Positions 32,212 through 43,403 are shown, counted from the stretch's first letter. The stretch is DNA of 64,000 nucleotides from Prasinococcaceae sp. CCMP 1430 (GCA_013416795.1 RQSC01000027.1:267344-331343); one strand, 5' to 3'. A program made the numbers and translations. The notes: generated by a model from the sequence alone, not told the origin.

Positions 32212-33654
32212 TTGCACGCGCGCGCGCGCGAGTGCGACCGCCTCGGCGCCGCGTGTGAGCGTGTGGCGCGGACGCACGCCGCGAGGCCGGCAGGTCGTCG
32301 CCCTAGCACCGCCGCTCTGGCGCTCGCGCTCGCCGCCGACGTGGCACTGGGCGACTACGATGCGTCGGCGCGCATGGCAGCGAGCGCGCCGTGCGCGGGC
32401 GCGGTGGGATCCGCCGCCGCGGGAGCGCATGACGTGGGGGACAGGCGGCCCGGCTGGCTCGGGGCGTTGCGCGCGAGCCTCGAGGGAGTCGTCAGCTGGG
32501 ACGCGGTCCACCTGCAGCGAGCGGCGAGATGCGGCTACGAGTACGAGCACAGCCGCGCCTTCTATCCGGGCGTGCCCCGCGCGCTCGCTGCGATAGCGAA
32601 GGCGCCAGGCTTTGGCGCGGCGCGCACCGCCATTGGCGAGGCTGCGACGATGTCGGCAATCTCACTCGTCATGAGCCTGCTGTGTACAGTGGTTGCCGCC
32701 GTCGCGCTGCATCGCCTCACAACGCGCCTGTGGCGCGACGGCGTGCTGGCGGACTACAGCGCGGCGCTCTTCTGCGCGTCGCCGGCGTCGCCGTTCCTCG
32801 CGCTGGGGTACACGGAGGCGCCGTTCGCGGCGCTTAGCATGACGGGGCACGTCGCGATGGCCTCGGGGCACGCGGGTCTTGCGACGCTCCTGTACGCGCT
32901 TGCCGCGACGACGCGCTCCAACGGCGTGCTCAACGCAGGCCACGCCTGGTGCGCAGCGCTGCTCTACTCGCTCCACTCCGTGGCGACGCGTGCGGCGCCG
33001 CGCGAGCGCGCGGCAGCAGTGGCAGGGGCGTGCACTGCCGCGGCTGCGCTCTCGTTGCCTGTGCTTGCCGTGCCCGCGTGGGTGGAGCTCGATGCGCATC
33101 GGGCGTTCTGCGAGGGTGCCAGCGGCACAGTCGAGGCAGTGCGGCCGTGGTGCGCGCGCTGGCCTCTGACGTCTGCGTACGGCTTCATCCAGGCGCAGTA
33201 CTGGGGACAGGGCCTCTTCTCGTTTTGGCGGCCCGAGCAGCTGCCCAACTTTGCGATGGCGGCGCCTGCGCTCCTTCTGGCGCTCGCGTCGGCGCGGTGG
33301 GGCCTCGGCCGCTGCACCGACGCGTGGCGCGAGCGAGGGCTTGAGACACTCGGCGCGGGCAAGCGCTTGCGGGTGCTTGGTGCGCCGCTGCCGCTCGTGG
33401 CCCCAGCGGACGCGCAAGCGCAGGCTGGGGCGCTCGCGCACTTCGTGCAGCTGGGCGCGATGGCGATTGTGGCGGCTTGCTGCATGCACGTGCAGGTGGC
33501 GGCGCGCTTCATGTGCGCGCAGCCGGCCCTGTATTGGTACGCGGCGAGCGTCGCCATGCGTGGCGGCTCGCGCGCCGCGGCGCTGTGGGCTTACTTCCTG
33601 TGCTTCGGTGCGGTCGGTACTGTTGCGTTCGTCAACGGCTTACCGTACGTCTGA
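32212..33654 (+). CDS. PIGV: GPI mannosyltransferase 2 (PIG-V/Gpi18)
   Basis: DYDASA, WDAVH..RAA..GYEYEHSRAFYPG, YTEAPFA, TRSNG, YGFIQAQYWGQGLFSFWRPEQLPNF, multiple TM helices. The 5' end is unresolved because the ORF track starts at a non-ATG codon. Confidence 0.9.
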   Translation: MHARARECDRLGAACERVARTHAARPAGRRPSTAALALALAADVALGDYDASARMAASAPCAGAVGSAAAGAHDVGDRRPGWLGALRASLEGVVSWDAVHLQRAARCGYEYEHSRAFYPGVPRALAAIAKAPGFGAARTAIGEAATMSAISLVMSLLCTVVAAVALHRLTTRLWRDGVLADYSAALFCASPASPFLALGYTEAPFAALSMTGHVAMASGHAGLATLLYALAATTRSNGVLNAGHAWCAALLYSLHSVATRAAPRERAAAVAGACTAAAALSLPVLAVPAWVELDAHRAFCEGASGTVEAVRPWCARWPLTSAYGFIQAQYWGQGLFSFWRPEQLPNFAMAAPALLLALASARWGLGRCTDAWRERGLETLGAGKRLRVLGAPLPLVAPADAQAQAGALAHFVQLGAMAIVAACCMHVQVAARFMCAQPALYWYAASVAMRGGSRAAALWAYFLCFGAVGTVAFVNGLPYV

Positions 33655-33709
33655 GCGCGCTGCGTGCAGGGCGTGTTGTATCTGTACTGTACTTTACATC
33701 ATTGCAAGC

Positions 33710-34264
33710 TCAGGTGGCACATGCGTGCCCGCACTGGCGCACGTGCGCTGGCGCGGCGGACGGCAAATGCGACGCGCCTCCGCGTGACGTCATCGCGACA
33801 AAGAACTCCCTGGCGGAGAGCCTCCCGTCGCCATCCTCGTCGAGCTCCTGGAATGCCGCGTCCAGCTCGAAGGCGAACTCCGCACCGCGCTCAGCGAGCA
33901 GGCCACACTCCTTGGCGGCGCGCTGCAGCGCCTCGCGCGAGATATGTCCCTCGCAGCGATCGTCAAGCGCGCGGAACGCCTCGCGCACCGCGGCCGCGTC
34001 GGCATCCGCCGCAGCGAGCGGCAGCGCTCGTTCCTGGGCGTACCTCCCCAGGGCGGTCGCGGTCACGCCCGCGTCCCCGCACGCGCCCACTAGCGCGTCG
34101 ATCTCAGCCGCGCACGGCACGCGCCCCGTCACCGCTGCGAGCGCGCAACGCACGCCGTGCCGGTCGAGCGCGCCCTCCCGCCCGCCTCCACCCGCACGGC
34201 AGAAGCGCGCATGCGCGGCCGTCGCGTGATCCACCACGCTTCCTTGCAGGCCCGCCGCCGACAT
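33710..34264 (-). CDS. EF-hand calcium-binding protein, EFCAB11-like
   Basis: AFRALDDRCEGHISREAL and AFQELDEDGDGRLSAREF EF-hands; the N-terminal lobe CALAAVTGRVPCAAEIDAL resembles EFCAB11. Confidence 0.75.
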   Translation of the reverse strand: MSAAGLQGSVVDHATAAHARFCRAGGGGREGALDRHGVRCALAAVTGRVPCAAEIDALVGACGDAGVTATALGRYAQERALPLAAADADAAAVREAFRALDDRCEGHISREALQRAAKECGLLAERGAEFAFELDAAFQELDEDGDGRLSAREFFVAMTSRGGASHLPSAAPAHVRQCGHACAT

Positions 34265-34525
34265 CGCGCCGGCCTGCCCGCACCCCGCCGCGCCTGTGGC
34301 GCGCAGCGCCCCTGCGCTCTGTGACGCCAACGCTGCACGAGCTGCGCGCGACAACGCCCGCCAGCGCGCGATTCAAAAAATGCAAACCCTGATGTGACTT
34401 TCAGACTGTTTGGACGTCTTTTGCACTCAAATCAACGTCACGAACCTCAAAGTTTTCAAAGTGTTTAAGACATGCAAAACATCATCGATGTGACTCTAAC
34501 CCTAACATGTCGCCACTGCGCGCTG

Positions 34526-37500
34526 TCATGTGCCCGTGATATCGCCGCTTGTGCTTGGAGGACGCAGCGGTTCGCTCGCCCTGCGGCTCAAGGCCCGTAT
34601 CTCGGCCATTCGCTCACCCGCCACGACCTGCACCTCCTCGAGTGCCGCGGGATGGCGCTGAACGGCCTCCTGCCACTCGTCGCGGTCGAGCCGGAGAAGC
34701 TGGCATCCCTCGTCGCCCGTCACGACCGTTGCGACGCGAAGGCTGTCTGGGTTTAGAAGCGCCATCTCGCCAAAGTAGTCGCCCGTGCGAAGAATTTTCT
34801 GGCCCTCGCCGTCCGTGATGGCGGAGTCGCTCCCGCTTCTCGCCATTGACTTCCCAGGATCTGCGTCGTGCAGCTGCACAATCGCGCTGCCACTGTGGAT
34901 GAAGTACATCGAGTCCCCCCGATCACCGCGTCTGACGACGACCTCGCCAGGATCCATTGTCTCAAGCGCGAGCTCGGCAAAGAGCTCGTCGCAAAGCTGC
35001 GGGTGGTGCTGCATGAATGGACACTCGCGCAAGAGCTGGGCAACGCCACGGGTGAGAAAGAGAGTGCTTGCTTGGCGCGTTGTGGCTGTGCGCCTAATTG
35101 CACGCAGCGTGTCGGGAAAGTTCGCCATGACGTGGCTAAAGTCGTCCTCGTTGAGCACCAGCACTTGCACGCCCCTCTCGCCAGCACGCACGTCTGCATT
35201 GCGCTTGCTGTGGGTTTCGATGAGCGCGCCCTCGCCGAAGAAGTCGCCTAATTTGAGGCGTACCACGCCACTGCGCGAAGCGCCGCCGCGTTCATGGGCG
35301 CGCGCGCCCGAGCTCCGAACCGACGCATCCTCAGGGATCGTCGCGGGCGCCGAGCGCCGCGAGCTCCGCAAGGTCTTGCCCGCTTTGCTTGGCAGAAGAA
35401 CTTCGGCAGTGCCGTCGTAACAAAAGAACATCTCCCGCCCGATGTCGCCTCTGCGCACAATGTACTCTCCCGGTCGATACGATCTGAGTTGCATGCGCGG
35501 GAAAAGAGCGACCGCGACCTCTGAGCCCTCGTCGCCTTGCGAGAAGAGCGGGCATACCGCGACGATGCGAGCAGCGTTGTGCATTGCGTTCTCAGTCTGC
35601 CTGCCCTCTGCCGTCGTGGACACCTTCTCGGCAAAGTCGGAATCTCTGATGAGGATGGCGTCCCTGTCGTCCTTGTCGAGCTTCATGAGCTCGCACCGCG
35701 GACTCTCAACGATGATGCTGGCCGTGCGCCCAGTGTCTGTAGCCATCTCGCCGAAGAACGCGCCCTGGCCGAGCCCAGCCACGCGGTCACCCGGCAGCTT
35801 GAGCTTGCCGTCGTCGCCGTCGGGCTTGGCGACGTACACACCAAGCTCACCCCTTGTGACAAAGTAGACGCCGTCGCTGGGATCCCCCTGTCGGAAGACG
35901 TGCTTGCCCTTGCGCAGCTTGACCGAGTGAAGTGCGTCCAGGATCTGCTGGATGGACTGAAACGACAGCCCGCTGAGGCTCGGCAGCTGGAGAAGCGTTC
36001 TTCCCAGGATGTCCAAGTGGTTTGGTTTATGCGCGCGGACGAACGCGGTCAGCAGATTCGTCTGTGCCAGCTGTTCCATCCACTCCTTGTTGCGCTTGTC
36101 GCCGCTGACACCCTCGACCATGGCGCCTTCGAGAAAGAGACGGAGGCGCTCGACAGCGCCATCCGGCGCGGTCACAGACTGGGTTATCACATGCGCTTCG
36201 ACGTGGGTCATCAAGGCACCAATATACTCGCGCATCACGCCGAGGAACTGGTTTGCAGCGGTAGCCTGGGCAGCCGTGACAGAGTGAAGAGGCCGAGAGG
36301 GCGGTGCACGGGACATGTACGTCGAGCTTTCGCTGCTGCCGGCAAACGAGACCGGGCGGCGCAGGCCGATGCCAAACATGCCACCGCCGCCTCCGCTCTC
36401 GGCAGGCAGCCCCTCGCGTGCGACGACGCGTCCTTCGTCCCACAAGATCTGGTGGCTTCCATGCAGGGCCGCTGCTAGGGCGGTCGCACCCGGCAGCGTG
36501 GGAAGCATCCCGGGAGCCTTGACTTTGTTCGCGGAAAGGTCGCAGATGACGAGGCGGTCCTTGTCGACGCCCGTCGCCTTTCCCGCCCGCTTTTCGTCCG
36601 GCATACCGACGACGAAGCCGTGCGTGCGCCCTTTCTGCACGCGGCGCTCGAAGCCGGGCCCAACGATGGGTACGAGGTTCGACATGGGAAGAAGCGGCCA
36701 AAGCAGGGGCGCCAACGCGAGCACCGAGGCCGTCAGCACGCCCAGGTTCTTGTGAGTCAGAACAACAGGATATTCCAGCAACGCCGCACTCATGAGGAGG
36801 AGGCAGTTGTCCACGCTGAGCGTGGCGCAAAGCGCCGGGATAGCCCAGGTCGCAATTGCTGATGCCTCCTCAGCCTCCTGCGCCCATCTCCTCGGAGGCA
36901 TGCCGTCTTGCAGCGGGAGGCCGCCTGCTCCACGCTCCAGCACCGCGTGGGCGGCGCTGTCTCCGTGCTCCGTGGGCACGTCAGCGCGCGGGACGCGTAG
37001 CTCAGCGCCACTGTCCTTGAAGTGCCCGATCTCCCCCCTCAAGGGCACTCGCAACTTGTGATAGGCGCGCAGCGTGTCGTCGGGCGGAGCGATGCCGGCC
37101 ACTTTGCCGCCGCAGAGCGCCCCAAGGCACCTCAGCCGCTGGCGCTCGGCCAGCGCGTGGAGCACATTCCACGTGGTGGTGAAGAGCGCCTGCCGGGTCA
37201 GGAAGCAGTATACGCGCCTGGTCACGACGAAGCGGCGTTGCCGCCCGCCCGCCATGCGAGCTGCGCCCGTCGCTGCCTCCCTCCGAAAGCCGTCGCTGTC
37301 CTCGCACAGCAGGGGCGGCGCGTCCAGGAGCTCGTCGGCAGCCAGGCACACAACCCAGAACGGGCGCCTTCCACCCATTTGCGCGCCTGGTTGGAATCGC
37401 AGCAAGTACGCTCCCTCAGTGGACTCGAGCGCCCCCTTGCGCATCGCCATGTCATCGAGCGCCCCGGCCAGCAGCGGGCTGCCCTGCGCACCGGGCAGCG

Positions 37501-38188
37501 CCGAGCAGCGCGCGCCCGCGGGCATGACCATTTCTGGAAGGTTTTTGAGAACCCGGCGCAGATTGGCGCCGCGTACGCCATCCCCGTCGTTGGTCCCATA
37601 CGCATGGATCCTGCCGGTGCTATTGAATGTCTTGCCGGGCGCAAACGCGGACAGCAGCACGGGCTTCTCCATCCATGCCAGCGTCCCTCCGCCGCGGCGC
37701 GGCGTGCCCTTCGACTGCCCGCTGGGTGGCTTCGCACCAGGTGGTGCGCCCACTACCGCGAAGAGCTCGTAGGCGGGATCCGAAAGCTGCGCAGCGGTCG
37801 CGGCTGCGGGTGACAGCGAGATGCCGGTGGCGACCTGCATGAGCGCGCTTCCGGCCCTGCCGCTCTGCGGCGTCGCGGGCGTTGGAGGTGACGCCATCGC
37901 GGAGGTCACAGATGGAGAGGCACTTGTCGCCTCCGAGGCCGCCGACGCGTGCCTCGAGTATGGTGGGCTCGACGCACTGACACTGCCGCTCGCCGCGGAA
38001 CTCGTTGCCGCATGGGTTGCGCGGTCGCGGCTCTCGGCCTGCGCCACGACTGCCAAGAATTCCATCTGCCAACCGAGCATCTCGGGATCGCGCAGAGCAA
38101 TCTCCTCAGTCAGCTTGAACTGCCGCCGGCGCTTCACTTGCCGGCGGAAGCGCCGCGCGATGCGCTCCCACATTGTGAACACCCCCAT
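34526..38188 (-). CDS. DENN-domain Rab GEF with three C-terminal cyclic-nucleotide-binding domains
   Basis: uDENN (YELFAVVG, LPEMVMPAG, RVYCFLTR), cDENN (WAIPALCATLSVDN.LLL..AALLE..VV...NLGVLTASVLAL.PLL.P) and dDENN (FL.VMREYI, AQTNLL..F). Three CNB domains have the phosphate-binding cassettes FGEMA....RTA, FGEGAL......RNA and FGEMALL.....RVA. Confidence 0.85.
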   Translation of the reverse strand: MGVFTMWERIARRFRRQVKRRRQFKLTEEIALRDPEMLGWQMEFLAVVAQAESRDRATHAATSSAASGSVSASSPPYSRHASAASEATSASPSVTSAMASPPTPATPQSGRAGSALMQVATGISLSPAAATAAQLSDPAYELFAVVGAPPGAKPPSGQSKGTPRRGGGTLAWMEKPVLLSAFAPGKTFNSTGRIHAYGTNDGDGVRGANLRRVLKNLPEMVMPAGARCSALPGAQGSPLLAGALDDMAMRKGALESTEGAYLLRFQPGAQMGGRRPFWVVCLAADELLDAPPLLCEDSDGFRREAATGAARMAGGRQRRFVVTRRVYCFLTRQALFTTTWNVLHALAERQRLRCLGALCGGKVAGIAPPDDTLRAYHKLRVPLRGEIGHFKDSGAELRVPRADVPTEHGDSAAHAVLERGAGGLPLQDGMPPRRWAQEAEEASAIATWAIPALCATLSVDNCLLLMSAALLEYPVVLTHKNLGVLTASVLALAPLLWPLLPMSNLVPIVGPGFERRVQKGRTHGFVVGMPDEKRAGKATGVDKDRLVICDLSANKVKAPGMLPTLPGATALAAALHGSHQILWDEGRVVAREGLPAESGGGGGMFGIGLRRPVSFAGSSESSTYMSRAPPSRPLHSVTAAQATAANQFLGVMREYIGALMTHVEAHVITQSVTAPDGAVERLRLFLEGAMVEGVSGDKRNKEWMEQLAQTNLLTAFVRAHKPNHLDILGRTLLQLPSLSGLSFQSIQQILDALHSVKLRKGKHVFRQGDPSDGVYFVTRGELGVYVAKPDGDDGKLKLPGDRVAGLGQGAFFGEMATDTGRTASIIVESPRCELMKLDKDDRDAILIRDSDFAEKVSTTAEGRQTENAMHNAARIVAVCPLFSQGDEGSEVAVALFPRMQLRSYRPGEYIVRRGDIGREMFFCYDGTAEVLLPSKAGKTLRSSRRSAPATIPEDASVRSSGARAHERGGASRSGVVRLKLGDFFGEGALIETHSKRNADVRAGERGVQVLVLNEDDFSHVMANFPDTLRAIRRTATTRQASTLFLTRGVAQLLRECPFMQHHPQLCDELFAELALETMDPGEVVVRRGDRGDSMYFIHSGSAIVQLHDADPGKSMARSGSDSAITDGEGQKILRTGDYFGEMALLNPDSLRVATVVTGDEGCQLLRLDRDEWQEAVQRHPAALEEVQVVAGERMAEIRALSRRASEPLRPPSTSGDITGT

Positions 38189-38376
38189 TGCGCCGACCTC
38201 TTGACGTGGTACCGCACAGGGCGGCGCCTTGCGTTTCCCCCCAGAGCACGCGGCCGGAGCAACGCGGTCGCTGCACGCCCGGCCCGGCGCGCCGCACGAG
38301 CCGCGCCGCGCGGCACGCCTGACGCCTGCGCCCGCGTTCTCCCCAGACGGCAGAAGCCTCGCCCGCAGTGCGCCAC

Positions 38377-38421
38377 GCCGAGCCGAGCCGAGCCGAGCCG
38401 AGCCGAGCCGAGCCGAGCCGA
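38377..38421 (+). repeat. (GCCGA)9 pentanucleotide microsatellite
   Basis: Nine perfect GCCGA units in the divergent intergenic region upstream of the DENN-CNB gene. Confidence 0.95.
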
Positions 38422-38884
38422 GCGATGCGCGCTGTGGCGCGCCCGCACGCGCGCGCGCACTCACGGCCCAGCTCGCAACAGCCTCGCACACACGTGCTGC
38501 GTGCGTGCTCGCTCGCCTGCATCATCGGCAGTGCATCGCTCCTCTCCCTTCGCGGGACGCTCCTACGTCACACGCCGCCCGCGGCAAAAGAATCAGGGCA
38601 ATGCATCGATGCCTTCCATACGTACTTTCCTCACGGCGTATATTCGTATGCGCGTCCACAGGTCAGGCGCACGCTCGCCGCGGCGCGCTTGTCGTATTTG
38701 GCGCGCGCGCGCCGCTTTTTCGCGTTTCGAAAGCAGTGCCGGCGCAGCGCGCGCGCGCGGCACACCCGGCGCGGGCGGCGCGAACAGCCGCCCTCGGTCT
38801 GAAGGCAGGCCTCTGACGCGGAGCGCGCGGGGCAAGGGGTGGGGGGCGCACGCCTCACGCGCCGCGCGCGCGGCCGCGGAGTGT

Positions 38885-40504
38885 ATGGCGCTTTTCGGGG
38901 GCGGAGAGGCCGCGCGCGCGGCGGGCGGAGAGGGGGAGGACGTTCTTTTGCAAGCGCGCCGGTTTCGCTTCCCGCCGCGCGATTCGTCTGGCAGCGAGGA
39001 GGAGGAGGGGGAGGGGGGCTGCACCGTAGAATCACCAGAGGAGCCCAGCCCGTCAGTGCTAGCGTTCGCTCGGGCCGTCCACGCGGTGGTCTGGGCGTGC
39101 GCGGTCGTGGCGGCCTCCGTTGGAATCGCCCTCGCGCGCGTCTGGGTGGCGATTCGCAGCGCCGTGCTGACCACGGCGGAAGAAATGTGGGACCTGCGCG
39201 AGGTTGTCGACGCAGCAGCGCTCCACGCCGTCGATGAAGCGAAGGCGGACCATGACGTCCAGAGCCAGAGCAGCATCGCGAGTAAGGAGCGCCTGGAGCC
39301 CACCACGCTTGTGCCCGCTGCGCGCCACGGCCCCGCAAACGTGGCCATGTCCCCGACGACGCCGATTCAAATGATGAACTTTGGAAGCGTGGATGTGCCC
39401 ACGCCAGTGACGAAAGGGCTGCCGATCGTGCACGAGGAGGACGGCCACGAAGGGGAGAGCTCGGGTAGTGACGACCCCCCTGCGACCGATGGGGGTGCCA
39501 AAGAGATGCCAGTGTTCGCCTCCGAGGCTGCGGCGGTGTCGCCCAGGCGCCCGGGCATTGGCCGGTACCGCAACGAAGGCCACTGCGGCCCAGATGACGG
39601 ACGAGAGCCGGGCATGGATGGCGTGCCCCCTCGTCGCCTGCGACGCTTTCGTCGCGGGCGCGCCTTAACCTCCGCGGACACCCGCAGGTCGAATCATGGC
39701 ACAAGGACACTGCCACCGCCCGAGGCCATCGCAATCTCAAAAGCCATGCTCGCAATCGGCGTGGAGAGTGTCGATACGAGCACTCCCTTGCCGCCGTCGA
39801 CAGCCGCCTGCTACAACAATGGTTTGAGCTCAGCAGACGACGGCGACTCAGACATGGACGTTGACGAAGATGGCACGCCTGTGCTGCCCCCGCCGATGCC
39901 GCTGAGCCCGGAGGAGTTTGTGATGCTCACGCCCATCGGCGCACCCCTGCCAGAGAGCTCGAGCAGCTGCAGCGACGACCTGGGCATGCGGAGCAGCGCG
40001 TTTCAGACCTCGGTGGCAAGCGTGCTAACGACGCCGTCGGCTGGCGACGACATCACATTCCACTCGTTCGCCGTGGGCAGCGACGATATTGAGAGCCCAC
40101 AGACCAGCTGGTTCCCGCGACGAGGAGACGCGCCGGCAGAGCCGGAGACGTGCTCTGCGTCCCAGACGCCGGGGTGCGCATGGCGCACGCCAGCGGCGAT
40201 GCCGCCGGCGGCGAGCCCACCCCACGCCGACGCTCGCGCGGGCCGAGGGCTCTTCAATAGCCCCTTGCCGCAGATGCCGGCGACGCAGCACCACACAGTC
40301 CGCGAAGGCCTCACAGGCTGGCGCAAGTGCGTCGCGGACAATTGGTGCGAGTGGGTGGCGAAAGGTGCTGACTTCTCAGCGCTCAAGCTGAATGGCGCAC
40401 GCCGTCCCGGCGCGACCGCTCGCCGCGTAGCGCGGGCAATGAAGAGCGAAGCAAGACGAGCGCTCGAGCGCATCGAGACGAACCGCGGTGGGGCCCACTT
40501 CTAA
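38885..40504 (+). CDS. Hypothetical protein with one predicted TM segment and long low-complexity regions
   Basis: Open frame from MALFGG; hydrophobic stretch AVHAVVWACAVVAASVGIALARVWVAI. No family recognised. Confidence 0.5.
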   Translation: MALFGGGEAARAAGGEGEDVLLQARRFRFPPRDSSGSEEEEGEGGCTVESPEEPSPSVLAFARAVHAVVWACAVVAASVGIALARVWVAIRSAVLTTAEEMWDLREVVDAAALHAVDEAKADHDVQSQSSIASKERLEPTTLVPAARHGPANVAMSPTTPIQMMNFGSVDVPTPVTKGLPIVHEEDGHEGESSGSDDPPATDGGAKEMPVFASEAAAVSPRRPGIGRYRNEGHCGPDDGREPGMDGVPPRRLRRFRRGRALTSADTRRSNHGTRTLPPPEAIAISKAMLAIGVESVDTSTPLPPSTAACYNNGLSSADDGDSDMDVDEDGTPVLPPPMPLSPEEFVMLTPIGAPLPESSSSCSDDLGMRSSAFQTSVASVLTTPSAGDDITFHSFAVGSDDIESPQTSWFPRRGDAPAEPETCSASQTPGCAWRTPAAMPPAASPPHADARAGRGLFNSPLPQMPATQHHTVREGLTGWRKCVADNWCEWVAKGADFSALKLNGARRPGATARRVARAMKSEARRALERIETNRGGAHF

Positions 40505-40709
40505 ATACCGCTCCGCATGTGTGAGCATCAGCTCAACACTACCGCAGGACGGGAGCACACGTCGCCAGTCCGTGCTCGCGCCCTCACGCGCGCGGCCGTG
40601 TCACGGCAGTGCCCCCCCACCCACCCATAGACCCACTGCGGGGCGCATACGTATTAAAAGGGGTTATTATGTCAGTCGTCACACCCCGCCAGTATTATGA
40701 AGCTGCTCC

Positions 40710-42484
40710 TCACTCAGCGTGGCAGCTGAACGGCATCCCCCAGGTCTTGCTGTCACGAACTGTGTGAGTCAGATTCGAGTACAGGCCAAGCACCATGAGC
40801 ACGAGAGTCATTGCGATCAGCGCGAACTGACCCACTCGCTCGAGCGTGGACAGCTGCAGGACACCCCTGGTAGCTGCCGCGAGCGCCAGCGCCGCCGGCA
40901 TGCCGAAGCTGATGTTGGATGCCATGAGCGAGCCGATAATGCCCGTCAGGTCATCGAAGAATGGCACACCGTTGCTCACAAAGATGCTCCACAGTAGCAC
41001 GCCACCTGAGATGACCGCCCAGTGCATTCGCCCTCTGGTGCCACGGTCCTCCACTGTCGCTGGCGAGACGCGCACATGAATGAAGCGCGAAAGCACCTGA
41101 CTTGTGATGAGGTAGCTGATGACCATGTGCACGAGCATGAAGCCATTGGCGAATCGCTTCACCGTACCATCCGGCAAGGACTCCATGATGTTGGCTGGAG
41201 TCGCCGCTCCCAGGTGCCCGTAGCCCACCAGGCTTACGAGGAGATATATTCCCACCATGAAGGGCGCCGCAGCAAGCAGCGCGCGCGGGAAGTGTGCGGG
41301 CGTGCACATCTCGGCGATCACTGAGCCGCAGAGAAGTGGAGGTCAGGTACGGCACGCGGGTCAGCCCAGGCGCACGTGCGCGCACGGCGGCGACAGTAGG
41401 CGTGTGCTCGGCGCGGGAGTGGATGTCACAAAAACGACACGAGGGAGGATGCACATAGGCGAGCGGGCGCCCGCGCCCGCGCGCGCCCGCGCGCCTGCGA
41501 GCGCTACGCACTCTCCAAGAACACCGACTGGCCGGCATACGCAAACACGATTCCAGTGAGTGCCGTAAACTTGTCCATGAAGCTCGAGTTGGCCACCCAC
41601 ACCGGCCCCACGTACTCCTCCACAGTGTCACCGTAGTCGCCGATGCCGCCCCCAGCTTCGGTTGCCTGCGCAGGAGGCGGCGCCGCGCCAACCCCGCCAT
41701 CGCCCTCGTCCGAGTGCACGCCTAACCCCCGACCCGCCATGAGCTCGACCATGCAGATGCCGACCGCCAAGAGGATAGTCACGGCAGAGACGGCAGACAG
41801 GCCCGCGAGGCTGTGCAAGCTGCGCAGCTGCACTGGCATCACAAGCAACAAGCCCGACACCACGCTCGCTGGGAGCAAGCATAGTCGCTTGCCGACAGCG
41901 AGGCCCTGGACCGCCTCGGCGAGTACCAGCACGTATCCGCCGAGGACAGAAAGAAAATACGTGGCCATGAAAGCGTGGCCCATCTGCGCCCAGCGCCGCC
42001 CAGCCGCCACGCCGGCGAGCTCGCCATACGAGAGCGCGTTGGGGTACCGCAGCGACAACCGCGAGAGCATCCAGCCCGTGTACAGGTTGATGGGTGAGAA
42101 CAGCACGATCAAGAACATACCGGGCCCCCAGCCGAGCTTGCGTACGTTGCCGGGCAGTTCGAGCACGCCCGTGCCGACGGTGTCTGCGATGAGAAGCAGC
42201 GCAACGTGCCACCACTGCGAGCGGCGCTTGGGCGCCGGCCCTGCTGCTGGCGTACCATTGAGCTCGAGGCCGTCGCTGCTTCTCGACGGCCTGCCATCCA
42301 GCAGCTCGACGGTGTCGAAGCCGTCGAGATTCGCTGCCACGCTGCTGTGCGTGCTGCTGTTGCCGGTGCTGCCTCCGCGCGCGCGCGTCCCGGCATGGGA
42401 GCGCAGCGGCACGCTCTCCTCATCGACGCCCCCACCGCCGCCGTTTCTCGCGTCCAGCTCGGCGACGTCCGCATCCACTCCCAT
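40710..42484 (-). CDS. Amino acid/auxin permease (AAAP; ProT/GAT-like) transporter; intron 41321-41511
   Basis: WWHVALLLIADTVGTGVLELP...LGW, GIVFAYAGQSVFLE|MIAEM..P..F, YLITSQVL, GVPFFDDLTGIIGSL. Confidence 0.88.
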
Positions 42485-42607
42485 ATGCGTTCACGCCCCA
42501 CACCACCGCCGGCGTGAAGGGGGGAGACGCTCGGCGGCACGAGACCGTGTGTGCGCGCGTGCGTGTGTGTCTCGCGAGCCGCGCGGCCGGCGCGGCGCGG
42601 CGGCCCG

Positions 42608-42679
42608 NNNNNNNNNNNNNNNNNNNNNNNNNNNNNNNNNNNNNNNNNNNNNNNNNNNNNNNNNNNNNNNNNNNNNNNN
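42608..42679. other. Assembly gap (72 N)
   Basis: Run of N. Further single-N joins occur at 59176, 60585 and 62672. Confidence 0.98.
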
Positions 42680-43142
42680 CGCCGAGTTCGCCGCCAGCGA
42701 GCCGCGCGGTGCGGGCGCGCGGTGACGCACGATCGGGCGCGAGTGCGCGAGCGCGCGCGCGGGCGCACTGCGAATGCAGTTCTGGCCGCGCCAGTGCGCA
42801 CGCGGTCTTCCCTCTTAGAGCACTCCACCGTTGTTGACGCGATTGCTGACGCACGTGATTGTTCTCCTCCCTCCCCACCTGCATCCTCTCCGTCCTCGTC
42901 CGGCGTGCCACTCAATGGGCACACGCAGCGCTGCGAGCGGCGGCGAGCGCGTTCACGGACCTGCTAGCACTCGCCTGCGCCGGCGTCGACAAGTTCGGTG
43001 GCGAAGACACCAAGGGTACCGCCGCGTGAGCCCGCCAAAGGGCGCGCGGTCGGCTCGTCTGCGGGTGGAGCGTGTGGGTGCTGCTCGGAGTGGGGTGACC
43101 TCCCCAAACGCGCTGGCTCGCCGTCGGGCTACGCCTGGTGGG

Positions 43143-43403
43143 ATGAGCGCGCTGAAGGCCGAACTTGGGAAGTTCATCGCTGGCGCCGCAGCGCGCAAGC
43201 TTTATCGCTCAGCGCTGCGTGTTGCCAGCGATGCGCCTGAGCCGGCGCGGAGCGAGATCCGCAAAGAGGCGCGGCGCCAGTTCGAGTTGGGCAGGAACGT
43301 CGACGCGAGCGACACCTCGCAGGTGCAGTGGCTGCTCAACGAAGGCACGCGGCAGCTCAAGGAGCTCAAGGACATGGTCGGGCTGAGCTCGCGCACGCTC
43401 TGA
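43143..43403 (+). CDS. LYR-motif protein (LYRM2-like)
   Basis: L..FI....ARKLYRSALR...EIRKEARRQFE...LLNEG.RQL; TGTAA follows the stop at 43409. Confidence 0.85.
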   Translation: MSALKAELGKFIAGAAARKLYRSALRVASDAPEPARSEIRKEARRQFELGRNVDASDTSQVQWLLNEGTRQLKELKDMVGLSSRTL

